Shown piece after piece: positions 11,721 through 23,173 of a DNA stretch of 42,551 bases. The notes under the pieces were generated by a model. It worked only from the letters and a program-made list of their open reading frames with translations. It ran no database searches and was not told where the DNA came from. Within the stretch, counting starts at the first letter, position 1, and each line of letters opens with the position of its first letter. The stretch is taken from NCBI RefSeq assembly GCF_001194135.2, contig NC_068982.1, positions 173,488,130 through 173,530,680 of the forward strand, given 5' to 3'. This stretch comes from Octopus bimaculoides (lineage: Eukaryota). The position numbers and the translations under genes are program-made.

Positions 11721-12059
11721 CGCCAAAAACACATTTCAGATAATACAAATGTAAACAACAATGATGTTTTATATAAACACGTCCTAATAATAAAAACATT
11801 GACAAATAACAAGAAATTTCTACCATTAAAATTTCCAGATAGGGAGTAACACCAACCAGGGGTTAACCAAGGAATCCTGCAGATTCCAAGTCAACCTACT
11901 CATCGGAAACACAATAGCAAATGCTCTTCTCATTTTCTTATTTTTCTATTTACAGACGCATGGTTAGAGCAGTTACATTCATTCGGACCATTCTGGTTAC
12001 ATTCACCCGCTTTTTACAAATTTACTGGGGAGCAGACAACCCTTTGTATCCTCAGTTTG

Positions 12060-12420
12060 ATTTCCATGTGAAACTTGAGAAAGTTGATGAGGTCTTGGCG
12101 GAAAAGAAAAATGGCTCCCCTCAGTCCTTTCATTCGCATTTACCATAACCGACGTAAATAGACATAGTTAAACTGCCTGCTAATTCGGGAAAAGCAATGC
12201 CGTGGGACTATCTCGATGATGAATTCGGCCGATAGCCAGATTCGGCCGATAGCCAGATTCGGCCGACGCATAATAACGCTGTTTGTCATAGCTCCACGAC
12301 TCAGCAATGCCGAAGCACTGTACGAATGCATGCAGAGCAGTTTCGTCTCGCTATAGGCATCACGGGCAGGCGTGGCTACGGCACTACCATGGCTGTTGGG
12401 TTTATTCCAAGCCGTCAATG
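12060..12420 (+). pseudogene. Possible highly decayed hAT-type transposase fragment with an internal 17-bp tandem repeat
   Basis: Frameshifted pieces occur in hAT order: VDEVLAEKKNGSP, TDVNRHS*TA, DYLDDEF, SNAEALYECMQSSF, GQA/GTTMAVG (cf. GQxYDGASxMxG). Similarity is weak and judged by eye only. Confidence 0.35.
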
Positions 12421-12756
12421 CCCCCCCCACACTACCCGAGTAGCATTGGAAACCAGGAATTTCTGGAAAAGTTCTCCGAAAAAAAACAAAAACACCTTGT
12501 TGATTTTCATTGGCGTCCAGAGTTTCATCGAAGACATCGCTTTTACCTACCACTAATCCTCAATAGAACGCCATTGTGAAAAATACACCGAACGCAATAT
12601 CCGAAAATGAAAAAGGGCTGTGGACTGATGGTGACACGCAAGGTGCCAGTCATTTAGGTAACAATTTGGCCAAAATTCCCAACTCTGCATTTAATAGAAT
12701 TACGGACTTCAAGTAGTTAAAATCAACAGCCTCGGGTTCTTTCTCAGCAGCACCCC

Positions 12757-12960
12757 CTTCTTCTTCTTCTTCTTCTTCTTCTTCTTCTTCTTCTTCTTCT
12801 TCTTCTTCTTCTTCTTCTTCTTCTTCTTCTTCTTCTTCTTCTCCTCCTCCTCCTCCTCATCATCATCATTATCATCATCATTATCATCATCAAAACAACA
12901 AGAATATCAACAGCAATAACAGTCACAACAACAACAACAATAGCAACAGTGGTAGCAGAA
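12757..12960. repeat. Graded microsatellite (TTC)n-(CTC)n-(ATC)n-(AAC)n
   Basis: Directly visible. Confidence 0.95.
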
Positions 12961-13075
12961 CTAACATTGAATTCAAACATGGTTTGATTCTCATGCAAAT
13001 TTTAGAATTCAATTCCATAATTTCTATATAATATCGTATGATATTCGTGCTTTGCCATATCATTTTTTATTAATA

Positions 13076-13145
<70 letters not shown>

Positions 13146-13613
13146 GAGAGAGCAGTGCATGCCATCAAAGTGACACTGGGGTACAAATACACGATACCTG
13201 GTATACCCATCATGACTACTCGTCTGATAAGGGTACACCAGGCACATGTATCACAACCATATGTGTGCGACATGGTGATCTCATATCAAGATAAACAGTT
13301 AGAATTTTCTTCAGGTTGTGTAGCCACCCCACTCAAATGGTCCCTATATAATTATCCAAACCCCAAAGAATACCTCTCAACACATGGCTATGATGATCCC
13401 CAACTACTTCTGCTCATGATCAGAGATGCACATATCGTCAGCCACCAAGGAGTATGCTCAACTGGTTAAAGTCAAACAACCAACAAGCAAATCTGTGGTA
13501 TCGAGCAGAATATCTGCTGGAGCCCATCTTTTATACCAAGACAGAACAATGTACACGATAACACTTCCAATCAGTTAAGATCAGAAGCCATGAGAGCCAC
13601 TGCCTGGTACTGC
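13146..13613 (-). mobile_element. Unclassified non-coding insert flanked on both sides by (TAA)n
   Basis: 468 bp of complex sequence between (TTA)n at 13078-13145 and 13614-13628, with no convincing ORF. Strand is inferred from the neighbouring element. Confidence 0.5.
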
Positions 13614-13628
13614 ATTATTATTATTATT

Positions 13629-14709
13629 GTTCAGTAGTTTTATTTTTATAACGTGCTTTCACTTCACTACCGAACGCAGCTCTGTGCGCCTTGGGTATGT
13701 GCTGTGGTTTGCTGTGGTGCTCTTATGTTTACTGTATTGAAAGTGTTTTGCGTAGAACGTGTGCAGTACCCAGTAGTGCAATTTTCTGTATGTTATATAT
13801 ATTTGTGAGTCCTGGTGTTTTTGTTATGTATTTGTTTGAATATTTTTTTATTATACCTAAGGCACCTACTATGATAGGAATTGTTTCTGTTTTTAGATTC
13901 NNNNNNNNNNNNNNNNNNNNNNNNNNNNNNNNNNNNNNNNNNNNNNNNNNNNNNNNNNNNNNNNNNNNNNNNNNNNNNNNNNNNNNNNNNNNNNNNNNNN
14001 NNNNNNNNNNNNNNNNNNNNNNNNNNNNNNNNNNNNNNNNNNNNNNNNNNNNNNNNNNNNNNNNNNNNNNNNNNNNNNNNNNNNNNNNNNNNNNNNNNNN
14101 NNNNNNNNNNNNNNNNNNNNNNNNNNNNNNNNNNNNNNNNNNNNNNNNNNNNNNNNNNNNNNNNNNNNNNNNNNNNNNNNNNNNNNNNNNNNNNNNNNNN
14201 NNNNNNNNNNNNNNNNNNNNNNNNNNNNNNNNNNNNNNNNNNNNNNNNNNNNNNNNNNNNNNNNNNNNNNNNNNNNNNNNNNNNNNNNNNNNNNNNNNNN
14301 NNNNNNNNNNNNNNNNNNNNNNNNNNNNNNNNNNNNNNNNNNNNNNNNNNNNNNNNNNNNNNNNNNNNNNNNNNNNNNNNNNNNNNNNNNNNNNNNNNNN
14401 NNNNNNNNNNNNNNNNNNNNNNNNNNNNNNNNNNNNNNNNNNNNNNNNNNNNNNNNNGTCTATTTTGATTTTTGGGAGATATAATCTGTGGTCCATTCTA
14501 AGATCTGTGGTTTTCAGTTATTTGGTTATTCTCATTTTCATAGTATCGTAATTATTAGGTTTCCCTTCGTTATTCCCAGGCTTTAGATTTGTTTTGCCTT
14601 CCTTTTCATTCATATGTTTGTCTGTGGTGTTCTGGATTGGTGCTTTTTGTACACTATTATACATCTCTACGGTCTGGGTTTGTTGTTTTTTGTTTACTTC
14701 GTTTTTGTC

Positions 14710-14710
<1 letters not shown>
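13629..14710 (-). mobile_element. R4/Dong-like non-LTR retrotransposon (RLE C-terminus plus 3'UTR; middle in gap)
   Basis: Reads NLKTETIPIIVGALGIIKKYSNKYITKTPGLTNIYNIQKIALLGTAHVLRKTLSIQ* (13729-13900), the typical end of the R4/Dong RLE domain. Both ends abut (TAA)n. The part at 14458-14710 is assigned by position only. Confidence 0.85.
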
Positions 14711-14761
<51 letters not shown>

Positions 14762-14762
14762 T

Positions 14763-14801
<39 letters not shown>

Positions 14802-15444
14802 ATTGTTGTTCTTGTTATTGTTGTAGTTTATTATATAGCAGTCAACAGAAGGGAATATAGTTTAGAAAGAGAAACAAACACTCGATATGTTGTTTTTGTT
14901 TTTGTTTTTGTCTTTGTTTTTCTAATGCAGACATTTTAAACATCAACCTTACATTTCATTTGCTAGTTATCACTCTTTGGCGAGCAGAAACAAAAGGTGT
15001 CAACTTCAGTGCGAAAATGAAAATATCGTAGATAGCCTTTGACTCGGTTGAAATGTGAGTGTCGTTCAAAGAAATACAAAGTTATAGACGATGACTCACT
15101 AGATATACTTGATGTACCAGTGATGTCTAGAAGAGATTAGCACTGTTAGTGACAACAGAAGTAGCAGCTTTTACTAGTACTGTTTTATCGATTCCGGAAG
15201 CATGAAATAGCTTCAGTTGACATTAGTGTGTTTGATTTTCGAACACAAAGTCACAAAACTAAATGATATTTCCAATTTAATTCAACTCTCTTTATTGTTT
15301 CTTTCCGCCTACTAGCTGAATGGAATATTATAATATTAAAATAAATGGTGGTCTGAAGATGTTATTAATCACTTAAAGTATGAAAATAAACCGCTCTAAG
15401 AGCGGCATTACATTATAAGTATTCATTACAACACAAACAGCAGC

Positions 15445-15535
15445 AGACATGCCCTAGTGATTAAGAAGTTTACTTTGCAATCCTGAATCCGAGCATTCGA
15501 TTCTTCTGCTTGGTATCTTCGATAAGTATCTTTTA
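15445..15535 (+). mobile_element. Degraded tRNA-like SINE head, family B-related
   Basis: gcagacatgccctagtgattaagaagtttactttgc...cgattcttctgcttggtatcttcgataagtatctttt parallels the family B 5' end. Confidence 0.5.
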
Positions 15536-15597
15536 TTATAATTTGGAGTCTACACAACCTTTATGAGTGAATACAAACGGACAAAAACTGTGGGGAA

Positions 15598-15853
15598 ATC
15601 CGGGCAAGGTTGTTTATGGAAGACCAGTAGTCGCCCATGCATACCGGCCTCCCCTTTCCCCGCCATTGATGTTACCCAAGGGAAAGGAAAAGTCCGATAC
15701 AGCTTGGTACCTGTGACTTTGTCACTCATTTCTACAGCTGAGTGAACTGGAGCAAGGTGAAATAAAGAAAACAATGCACAAGCCGGTCCGGGAATCGAAC
15801 CCACTACTACATGATTGTGAGCCCAACGCTCTAACCACTGAGCCATGCGCCTT
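15598..15853 (-). mobile_element. tRNA-derived SINE family C
   Basis: The minus strand has A-box tggctcagtggttagagcg and B-box ggttcgattcccgg. The body is homologous to 31858-32226 and 40076-40389. Confidence 0.9.
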
Positions 15854-17112
15854 AACATCGAAACCAGCGAGGAAATAGGAGGTGGTTGAAGATTTGTTTA
15901 AAAAGGACCGAGTAACGTATTTAACGCCGGAAAATGGCAGACGCAATAAGGGTTGACGAAAATGACCAAACATAGGTGCATCGAGAGAAGTGATACACAT
16001 ATTGTGAGGCTAGAGAGGTGAGAAGAGAAGGAGAATGCCTGTAGAGCCCTCGTTCAGAAGAGTTCTCAGTGAATTCTTATAAATCAGTTTGGTAACCTTC
16101 TTCGTGTTATCTATAATGTTTCTGTATGTAGGAACCGTGCAACCGAGAGTACAGATTTTCATACCTCAGTATTATGTGACTAACTTTTAAAACTGTTTGG
16201 AAAAAACTTAAAATAAAATCTTTTAAGCTACAGCAGTGGTAACATCTCAGAATGCTGAATGTTTTTTCCTTTTTTTTTTTAAATGCGGGTAACTTCTTAA
16301 AGAGTAGACGAGCCAAAAGGAAGCAGGAACAAAGGAAGGTTGAATTGTTGATGTTGATGTGCATGTGGATGTGGGGGTGGGTAGAGGAATTTCGAAGTTC
16401 TGCAAACTTTTAGCAAAAAAATATAAATATAAAGAAGAATTATCATTATCGTTTACTTGAGCTTTAAAAGAGGTCTAATGAAAAGGATATTGGTGTTCAA
16501 AAGTGGCTTTGGTAAAACTAAAACAATATTTGTATTTGAAAAGGCAACAAAAGAGGAAAATCAAACGTGCAAACGTTTAAGTTTTCCTAATGTGAAAGCA
16601 AATTTTAAGTTTGTAGTATTTCAGTTTGAAGAGCCACGCTACGTCACTAGATATTTACTAGGGACTCAAGAATGCAGTTTATTTACCCTGGGAAATGGAA
16701 AGAGTGACTTGAAAAAGTGTCTTCCAATTTATAGTCTGTTTATTGCCTTTTATATTTTTGTTGTTGAATAGTCTGTGTCAGCCCTGATCGAAAAGAGCTA
16801 TGGCATGTAAGTGGCTGGTCAAATGTTTGGGTTTGGCACACATTTTTAGAACTCTGGATATTCCATTCTTCTCTTTGCTTGAGAACCACTCTGTGCACAG
16901 GCAGTATAAAATGGCTGATAACGAGAATATGCATCTGTCTGAGAAACTTAGTATGTTGTGTTTGCTGGCCTCTCCAGACAACTCTTGGAAGTTGTCTCTT
17001 GGAAGTTGTCGTTTTCTTTCTTTAATGCTCAATTACAGTGGTGTGCAAGCTACCTTACAGAAAGTTAAGGGCTAAAGTCTGTTGCATTTGTTTTCATTAT
17101 TATAGAAAGATT

Positions 17113-17333
17113 GAAGGCGGCGAGTTGGTAGAATCGTTAGCACGCCAGTCGAAATGTTTAGCGGTATTTCGTCCGTCTTCATGTTCTGAGTTCAAATTCC
17201 GACGAGGCCGACATTACCCTTCATCTTTTCTGGGTCGATAAAATAAGTACCAGTTGAACTATGGGGTCGATGTAATCGATTAAGCTCCCTCCTCTGAAAT
17301 TGCTAGTCTTGTGCTAAAATTTTTAATCAATAT
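17113..17333 (+). mobile_element. SINE family A, near full length
   Basis: Head aaggcggcgagttggtagaatcgttagc, B-box gagttcaaattcc, then the family core. Confidence 0.9.
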
Positions 17334-17502
17334 CATACAAAGATTAATCGATTCAATTGTTTCCTCAACTTCTCTAGATGCAGAAAATCTATAATCTGTT
17401 GCCCGAAGCTTGACTTAGCTTTCCTTGATTCAGATTACACTTGAGCCTATCTTCAAAATATGTTACTTGACCCTATCTTAAAAATCACTGTTATCCTCAT
17501 TA

Positions 17503-17660
17503 GTGGTGGATGGTAGAATGACTCGCACAAAATGACTAATAGTTACATTCTTAGTGTGTTCAGTTCCTGCCGAGGTTGACAAACATCAGCCAAGTACTAG
17601 AATGGATGGATATGACTGACGCTACCTCTGACTTTACCTTCAAAATCTATGGGCTGATTA
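17503..17660 (+). mobile_element. Degraded SINE family A
   Basis: gttcagttcctgccgaggttgac..aagtactag..ccttcaaaat. Confidence 0.5.
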
Positions 17661-18089
17661 GGGTTTGGCATTATCCTTATTCGTAGTACTGGTATTAGTA
17701 ATAAGACGGTGAGAGAGCGCCGGAAAGAATATTTGTCTGTTTAGGTTTAAAATGAAATTTCTTATCTCCCGGAGTCAATAGAGATGAATACGAGCGACGG
17801 GGTTCTTGAGGATGCTACAAACATCGATGAGGATATACTTTCAAGAAGACTTTCATGTCGAACATTATAATTTCAAAAGTCCTTGGAGTAGCAATGCTAT
17901 TGGAAGAAAAGGGATAGGGGTGAGGTGTTTGAAATAAGCTCTATAGCCACTGTCATTTCGTCAGTCGGATCTGTTCTAGAGGCAAGTCATCCTTCGGTAA
18001 TTTTCTCCAGTAATTCTTTTAACTTATTAAACTACTCGGAGTTCACATTAAGGACAGGTTGATATGCCTCTAGTCATTCTAACACTATA

Positions 18090-18132
18090 CTTCGCTGATA
18101 AGGTGTAATAATGCCGAAACATATTGACCGAG
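18090..18132 (+). ncRNA. Degenerate type I hammerhead-like fold
   Basis: cttcg CTGATAA ggtgt-aata-atgcc GAAA ca-tat-tg AC cgag. All three stems can form, but the core has G8A and U16.1A. Confidence 0.35.
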
Positions 18133-19011
18133 CAGTTTCGCCATCACATATGCATGCATGTATGTGTGTATGTATTTATATTGCGTATTTTTGATTATAT
18201 CTTTGGCACTTTAATGATTTTATTCATCTCCAAATGTTTATCTTGCCTGGTGTATTTAAAGGTTTTGTGTTACTGTATCCCTTGTGGCAAATAGGGAAAT
18301 AATAATAACAATAATATTATTAATAATAATAATAATAATAATAATATCATCACCATTAGCGTCTGCATCCATCACCATCACCATTACCTTCATAACACAC
18401 TGCAGGAATATTTTATATCAATATTTATTTTTATTTGATCATATTTTATAATCGGGTCATTTCGGCGCCTGAGGTCTATTTATTTTAGGTAAGAAAAAAT
18501 AAATAAAATAAACATAACAATAAAAATAAAAATAAAAATATTGAGACCAAGAGACACCGAGAGACTAACGACACACCCAGAAACTGTATCCGCGTCAACC
18601 TTGTGTATTTTCAGTTTCTTTTACATGGCTGCCGCCTCCATCCACCCTCACATTAACCCAATCTCAATAACCACCTTGTTTCTTGGTACCATCATTTCCT
18701 TCCCAGCATCTACTTCTCTGCTTCCTCACACCATTACAGTTCTCATAACCTCCGCTTCCTTGTTTTGTTTTTTTTTTCCTCCGGTTTATCTTTGACAGCC
18801 TCTTTTTAATTTCCCACTTTTAGGCGCTAACAATCCTTCATATAGCAATACTCTGGTCCTCTTACACTTCCTCTCTTTCTCTATCTCTATCTCTCCCACC
18901 CACTCTCTCACTCACTCACTCACTCACTCACTCTTTGCTGCTTCTTCTTATCTGACATTCCTCTTATTCCTTGTTTCCTCATGCTATCTCTCTCACGCCT
19001 TCCTCTTAATT

Positions 19012-19177
19012 TATATAATAAACCACTGAGAGACGCCACCCGCATGAAAAAACAGTATTTAAATTAGTGTTGACATATTTAATGTAATGGGCATCAAATA
19101 TCTAATTAATAATTATGTGGTGAGGAAAAGACAACATTAGCTCAATGATTAATATTATTCTAATTACCATGGTAAGT
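19012..19177 (+). promoter_or_regulatory. Candidate TATA-like promoter or first exon ending ACCATG|gtaagt; TAAT-rich
   Basis: tatataataaa at about 19012, clustered TAAT/ATTA motifs at 19080-19167, and a consensus donor gtaagt at 19172-19177 right after an ATG. Confidence 0.3.
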
Positions 19178-19800
19178 ACGGGAGACAATTCCAGATCCGT
19201 TTTGGTCTTCCGTTATTACTTCCACGAATCTTCTCAATAATCTATATTATAGTAATCACTTTCCTATATATATATCTCCCTATCTTTCCTATCTGGCTTC
19301 GTCACTCTCAAGAGTTACTTTCACGCTATGCTTTGGTTTACTCAACCGCTACCTCATTGTTTTTTCCCATGCTAACCACATCTGCCCTCTATTTCAATGA
19401 CGATCGTTTGTAAGAAAAAACGTTGGTGCGAGTAAAAACGATTAGCCAGGCTAGTAGCAGTAACACACGATTTCGCGCTCAACGTGCAAAAAAAGTCACG
19501 GGCCTTTAACAGTCATCATTATCACCATCATCAATACCACCACCACCGCCACCACCACCATCTTCCCCCACCACCAACAACAGCATCACTATCTTTTTAA
19601 ACTTCTTGATTTTTCGCTTTGTTTTTCTTTTTTTGTCTTTTTCCGTTCTTTGTTTTGGCATAATATACATTACTTTACATTATTGTTAACGCGTGTTTGA
19701 GTAAATGGAATGGGTTGGCCCGTTGGAATGGATGAAACAGTAAAATGTTTCGCAACCTCCAAATAAAAACTTGCTACGTTAAACTATGCCATTCATTTGT

Positions 19801-19953
19801 GAGGGTGGTAGATTCTCAGATTCGTTAGCACCTCGGTCAAAATACCTTGTAGTAATTTTGTCAGTTCCTTAGGTTTTCATTTCAAATCCAAAACGTGATC
19901 AATTTTGCAATTTTTCCCTTCCTCCTTTGAGGGCTGATAAAATAAATGCCATC
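19801..19953 (+). mobile_element. Divergent SINE family A-like copy running into a gap
   Basis: gattcgttagcacctcggtcaaaatac..tcaaatcc..cttcctcctttgagggctgataaaataaat. Confidence 0.55.
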
Positions 19954-20585
19954 NNNNNNNNNNNNNNNNNNNNNNNNNNNNNNNNNNNNNNNNNNNNNNN
20001 NNNNNNNNNNNNNNNNNNNNNNNNNNNNNNNNNNNNNNNNNNNNNNNNNNNNNNNNNNNNNNNNNNNNNNNNNNNNNNNNNNNNNNNNNNNNNNNNNNNN
20101 NNNNNNNNNNNNNNNNNNNNNNNNNNNNNNNNNNNNNNNNNNNNNNNNNNNNNNNNNNNNNNNNNNNNNNNNNNNNNNNNNNNNNNNNNNNNNNNNNNNN
20201 NNNNNNNNNNNNNNNNNNNNNNNNNNNNNNNNNNNNNNNNNNNNNNNNNNNNNNNNNNNNNNNNNNNNNNNNNNNNNNNNNNNNNNNNNNNNNNNNNNNN
20301 NNNNNNNNNNNNNNNNNNNNNNNNNNNNNNNNNNNNNNNNNNNNNNNNNNNNNNNNNNNNNNNNNNNNNNNNNNNNNNNNNNNNNNNNNNNNNNNNNNNN
20401 NNNNNNNNNNNNNNNNNNNNNNNNNNNNNNNNNNNNNNNNNNNNNNNNNNNNNNNNNNNNNNNNNNNNNNNNNNNNNNNNNNNNNNNNNNNNNNNNNNNN
20501 NNNNNNNNNNNNNNNNNNNNNNNNNNNNNNNNNNNNNNNNNNNNNNNNNNNNNNNNNNNNNNNNNNNNNNNNNNNNNNNNNNNNN

Positions 20586-20626
<41 letters not shown>

Positions 20627-21109
20627 TCACGCACACGCGCGCACACACACACAACACACACATACAATGCACACACGCATACACGCACACACACTCTCAC
20701 AAGCACTCTTTGAATTATGAAGGAAAGAAGAAAAAATAACATTTTCTCATTTGCTAGCATTGCCAATAAGAAGCATATTTTCAATACAAATAGACTGGCT
20801 GAGGAGAAATCTGACAGTTTTCGATAACTAAAAAACGTATATAGTCGGAAATGTTTTATATTTAAGAACTAAGTATCGGTGGAGGGAGAAGTTGCATGTC
20901 TATGTATAGCTATCACAAAAATTGAACTGGGGTACCTCGTGCCCCAGAAAAGCAATAAGATATAGCCCTGGTCGATGTCTAGTGCAATATTTTCTCTACA
21001 AATGAGGGAAGCGTTACAGAACCATCTTCCTCGTTTCATTAAACTGAAGACGGTACGTAGACACATACGAAGCTATTGCACTAACTCATATATTAGTGAA
21101 GTATAGACG

Positions 21110-21360
21110 CAGTATGAAAGTTACAATCAAAGATGTTGAGAATGACGTTGACCTAGGTGGGTCAGTGCGGACAAATGAGTGTGTGGGGTCTCCATGAGAA
21201 TACATGTCCTAATGACTTCATCTCTCACGATCACAGAAGCATACCGAAGTATTACTTTGTTGAGAATGCAAAAGTAAAAGCCGTAAGAGAGGTTGCACAA
21301 TGCAGAAGACCTAATTGCTACATGTGTGGTAGTAAGATCCATCTGTGGGGTTTCTGCTAA
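21110..21360 (+). pseudogene. Retroelement gag/ORF1-like fragment with CCHC zinc knuckle
   Basis: Exact CX2CX4HX4C (CYMCGSKIHLWGFC, 21316-21357) preceded by RRP and followed immediately by a stop. MKVTIKDVENDVDL lies upstream in another frame. Confidence 0.55.
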
Positions 21361-23135
21361 GAAGACATAAAGGAACAAGAATAGCGCCAATACTAAGAAC
21401 ACAGAAGCAGCTGCAATAAGAGAATTAACCATAACAAGAAGAAATGCGAGGTAATAAAAGAACTTCTCAATGGTCACTCGCTCGGTCGATCTCCAAATCG
21501 CAATGACACCAATCAGTTTTGAAGAAAAAAAGAAAAATAAATTAAAAAGAAACAAGAAAAAGTAAAAGCATGGAAACATTGGATATATGTTTCTAAATAA
21601 GGTCACATCAAAACTGACCCGGAGCTAAACGCTAGACAAGGGTAACAACAATAGCAACATAATTAAATTATCTTACACGGCGCCGATTGATCTATGATAT
21701 TTTACTTTCACCTGAAACTCTTAACGCCGACAACAACAACAACAACTACTACTACTACTACTACTACTATACTACTACTACTATACTACTACTACTACTA
21801 TTACTGCTGCTGCTGCTACTGCCACGAGTGCAGCAAGACCATACAGAAGCAGAAACGGCAACTCACTAGAGTAGCAAGAAAATGAGAATATGTCGGAAAT
21901 TGTAATTATGGTAACTCCATATGATCAGAAATCCTACATTTTCTGCCTTGACAAAGTTCTCTTTAAGTTATTTACTAGAAAATTCTGATACAACGCCGAC
22001 GACGGTGACGACAACAACACTACCAACAAAAGCAGCAACAACAACAACAAAAACAACAATCGGTAACAAGCAAGCATTAAAAACAAGAATTAGCAACTTG
22101 AAGTCATACATTAGATGAAGTAGAGAGAAGTGCGCCGAGAGCACAGTGTGTCGAGTTAAGGGTTTCAGGAAAACGTGCTCACCAAGGATACGGTTCACTT
22201 CAAATATTGAGAGATATATAGATTGCGGGGAAGAATAGAGAGACTGAGTGAGACAGAAAGGAGATTAAGAAAATGATGGGAGACAGATAGGAAGGACGGG
22301 TGTCAATGTATGTATGTATGTATGTATGTATGTATGAATGAACGTGTCTGTATATATATATATATATATATATACATACATACATACATACAGACATACA
22401 TACATACATACATATATATATATGTATATATGTATATATATANNNNNNNNNNNNNNNNNNNNNNNNNNNNNNNNNNNNNNNNNNNNNNNNNNNNNNNNNN
22501 NNNNNNNNNNNNNNNNNNNNNNNNNNNNNNNNNNNNNNNNNNNNNNNNNNNNNNNNNNNNNNNNNNNNNNNNNNNNNNNNNNNNNNNNNNNNNNNNNNNN
22601 NNNNNNNNNNNNNNNNNNNNNNNNNNNNNNNNNNNNNNNNNNNNNNNNNNNNNNNNNNNNNNNNNNNNNNNNNNNNNNNNNNNNNNNNNNNNNNNNNNNN
22701 NNNNNNNNNNNNNNNNNNNNNNNNNNNNNNNNNNNNNNNNNNNNNNNNNNNNNNNNNNNNNNNNNNNNNNNNNNNNNNNNNNNNNNNNNNNNNNNNNNNN
22801 NNNNNNNNNNNNNNNNNNNNNNNNNNNNNNNNNNNNNNNNNNNNNNNNNNNNNNNNNNNNNNNNNNNNNNNNNNNNNNNNNNNNNNNNNNNNNNNNNNNN
22901 NNNNNNNNNNNNNNNNNNNNNNNNNNNNNNNNNNNNNNNNNNNNNNNNNNNNNNNNNNNNNNNNNNNNNNNNNNNNNNNNNNNNNNNNNNATATAGAGAA
23001 AAATAAGTGATACAAGAGAGAGAGAGAGAGAGAGAAAGAGGCAGAGAGAGAGTAAGAGAGGGAAAGCGTAAGAAAAAATAGGTGATAAAAGAGAGAGAAA
23101 GAGAGAGAGGAAAAGTGTAAGAAAAATGGGTGATA

Positions 23136-23173
<38 letters not shown>

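Noticed and set aside
11956-12070. Strong-looking acceptor (tttttctatttacag) and an opposite-strand acceptor near 12100
   Set aside because: No convincing donor or recognisable product, and the region is better explained as decayed transposon sequence.
12223-12266. CRISPR-like array
   Set aside because: The repeats are contiguous with no spacers, and the context is eukaryotic.
15391-15405. Palindrome CCGCTCT-A-AGAGCGG
   Set aside because: A single short palindrome in 42 kb with no supporting context.
16457-17075. ORFs of 84-104 aa with a faint L1/Tx1-like LSFPNVK stretch and a small hairpin duplication at about 16975-17010
   Set aside because: Similarity too weak to call by eye; needs a profile search.
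21127-21606. 159-aa hydrophobic - strand ORF resembling a membrane protein
   Set aside because: No proper acceptor or donor pair, and the hydrophobicity mirrors the A-rich + strand that carries the CCHC relic.
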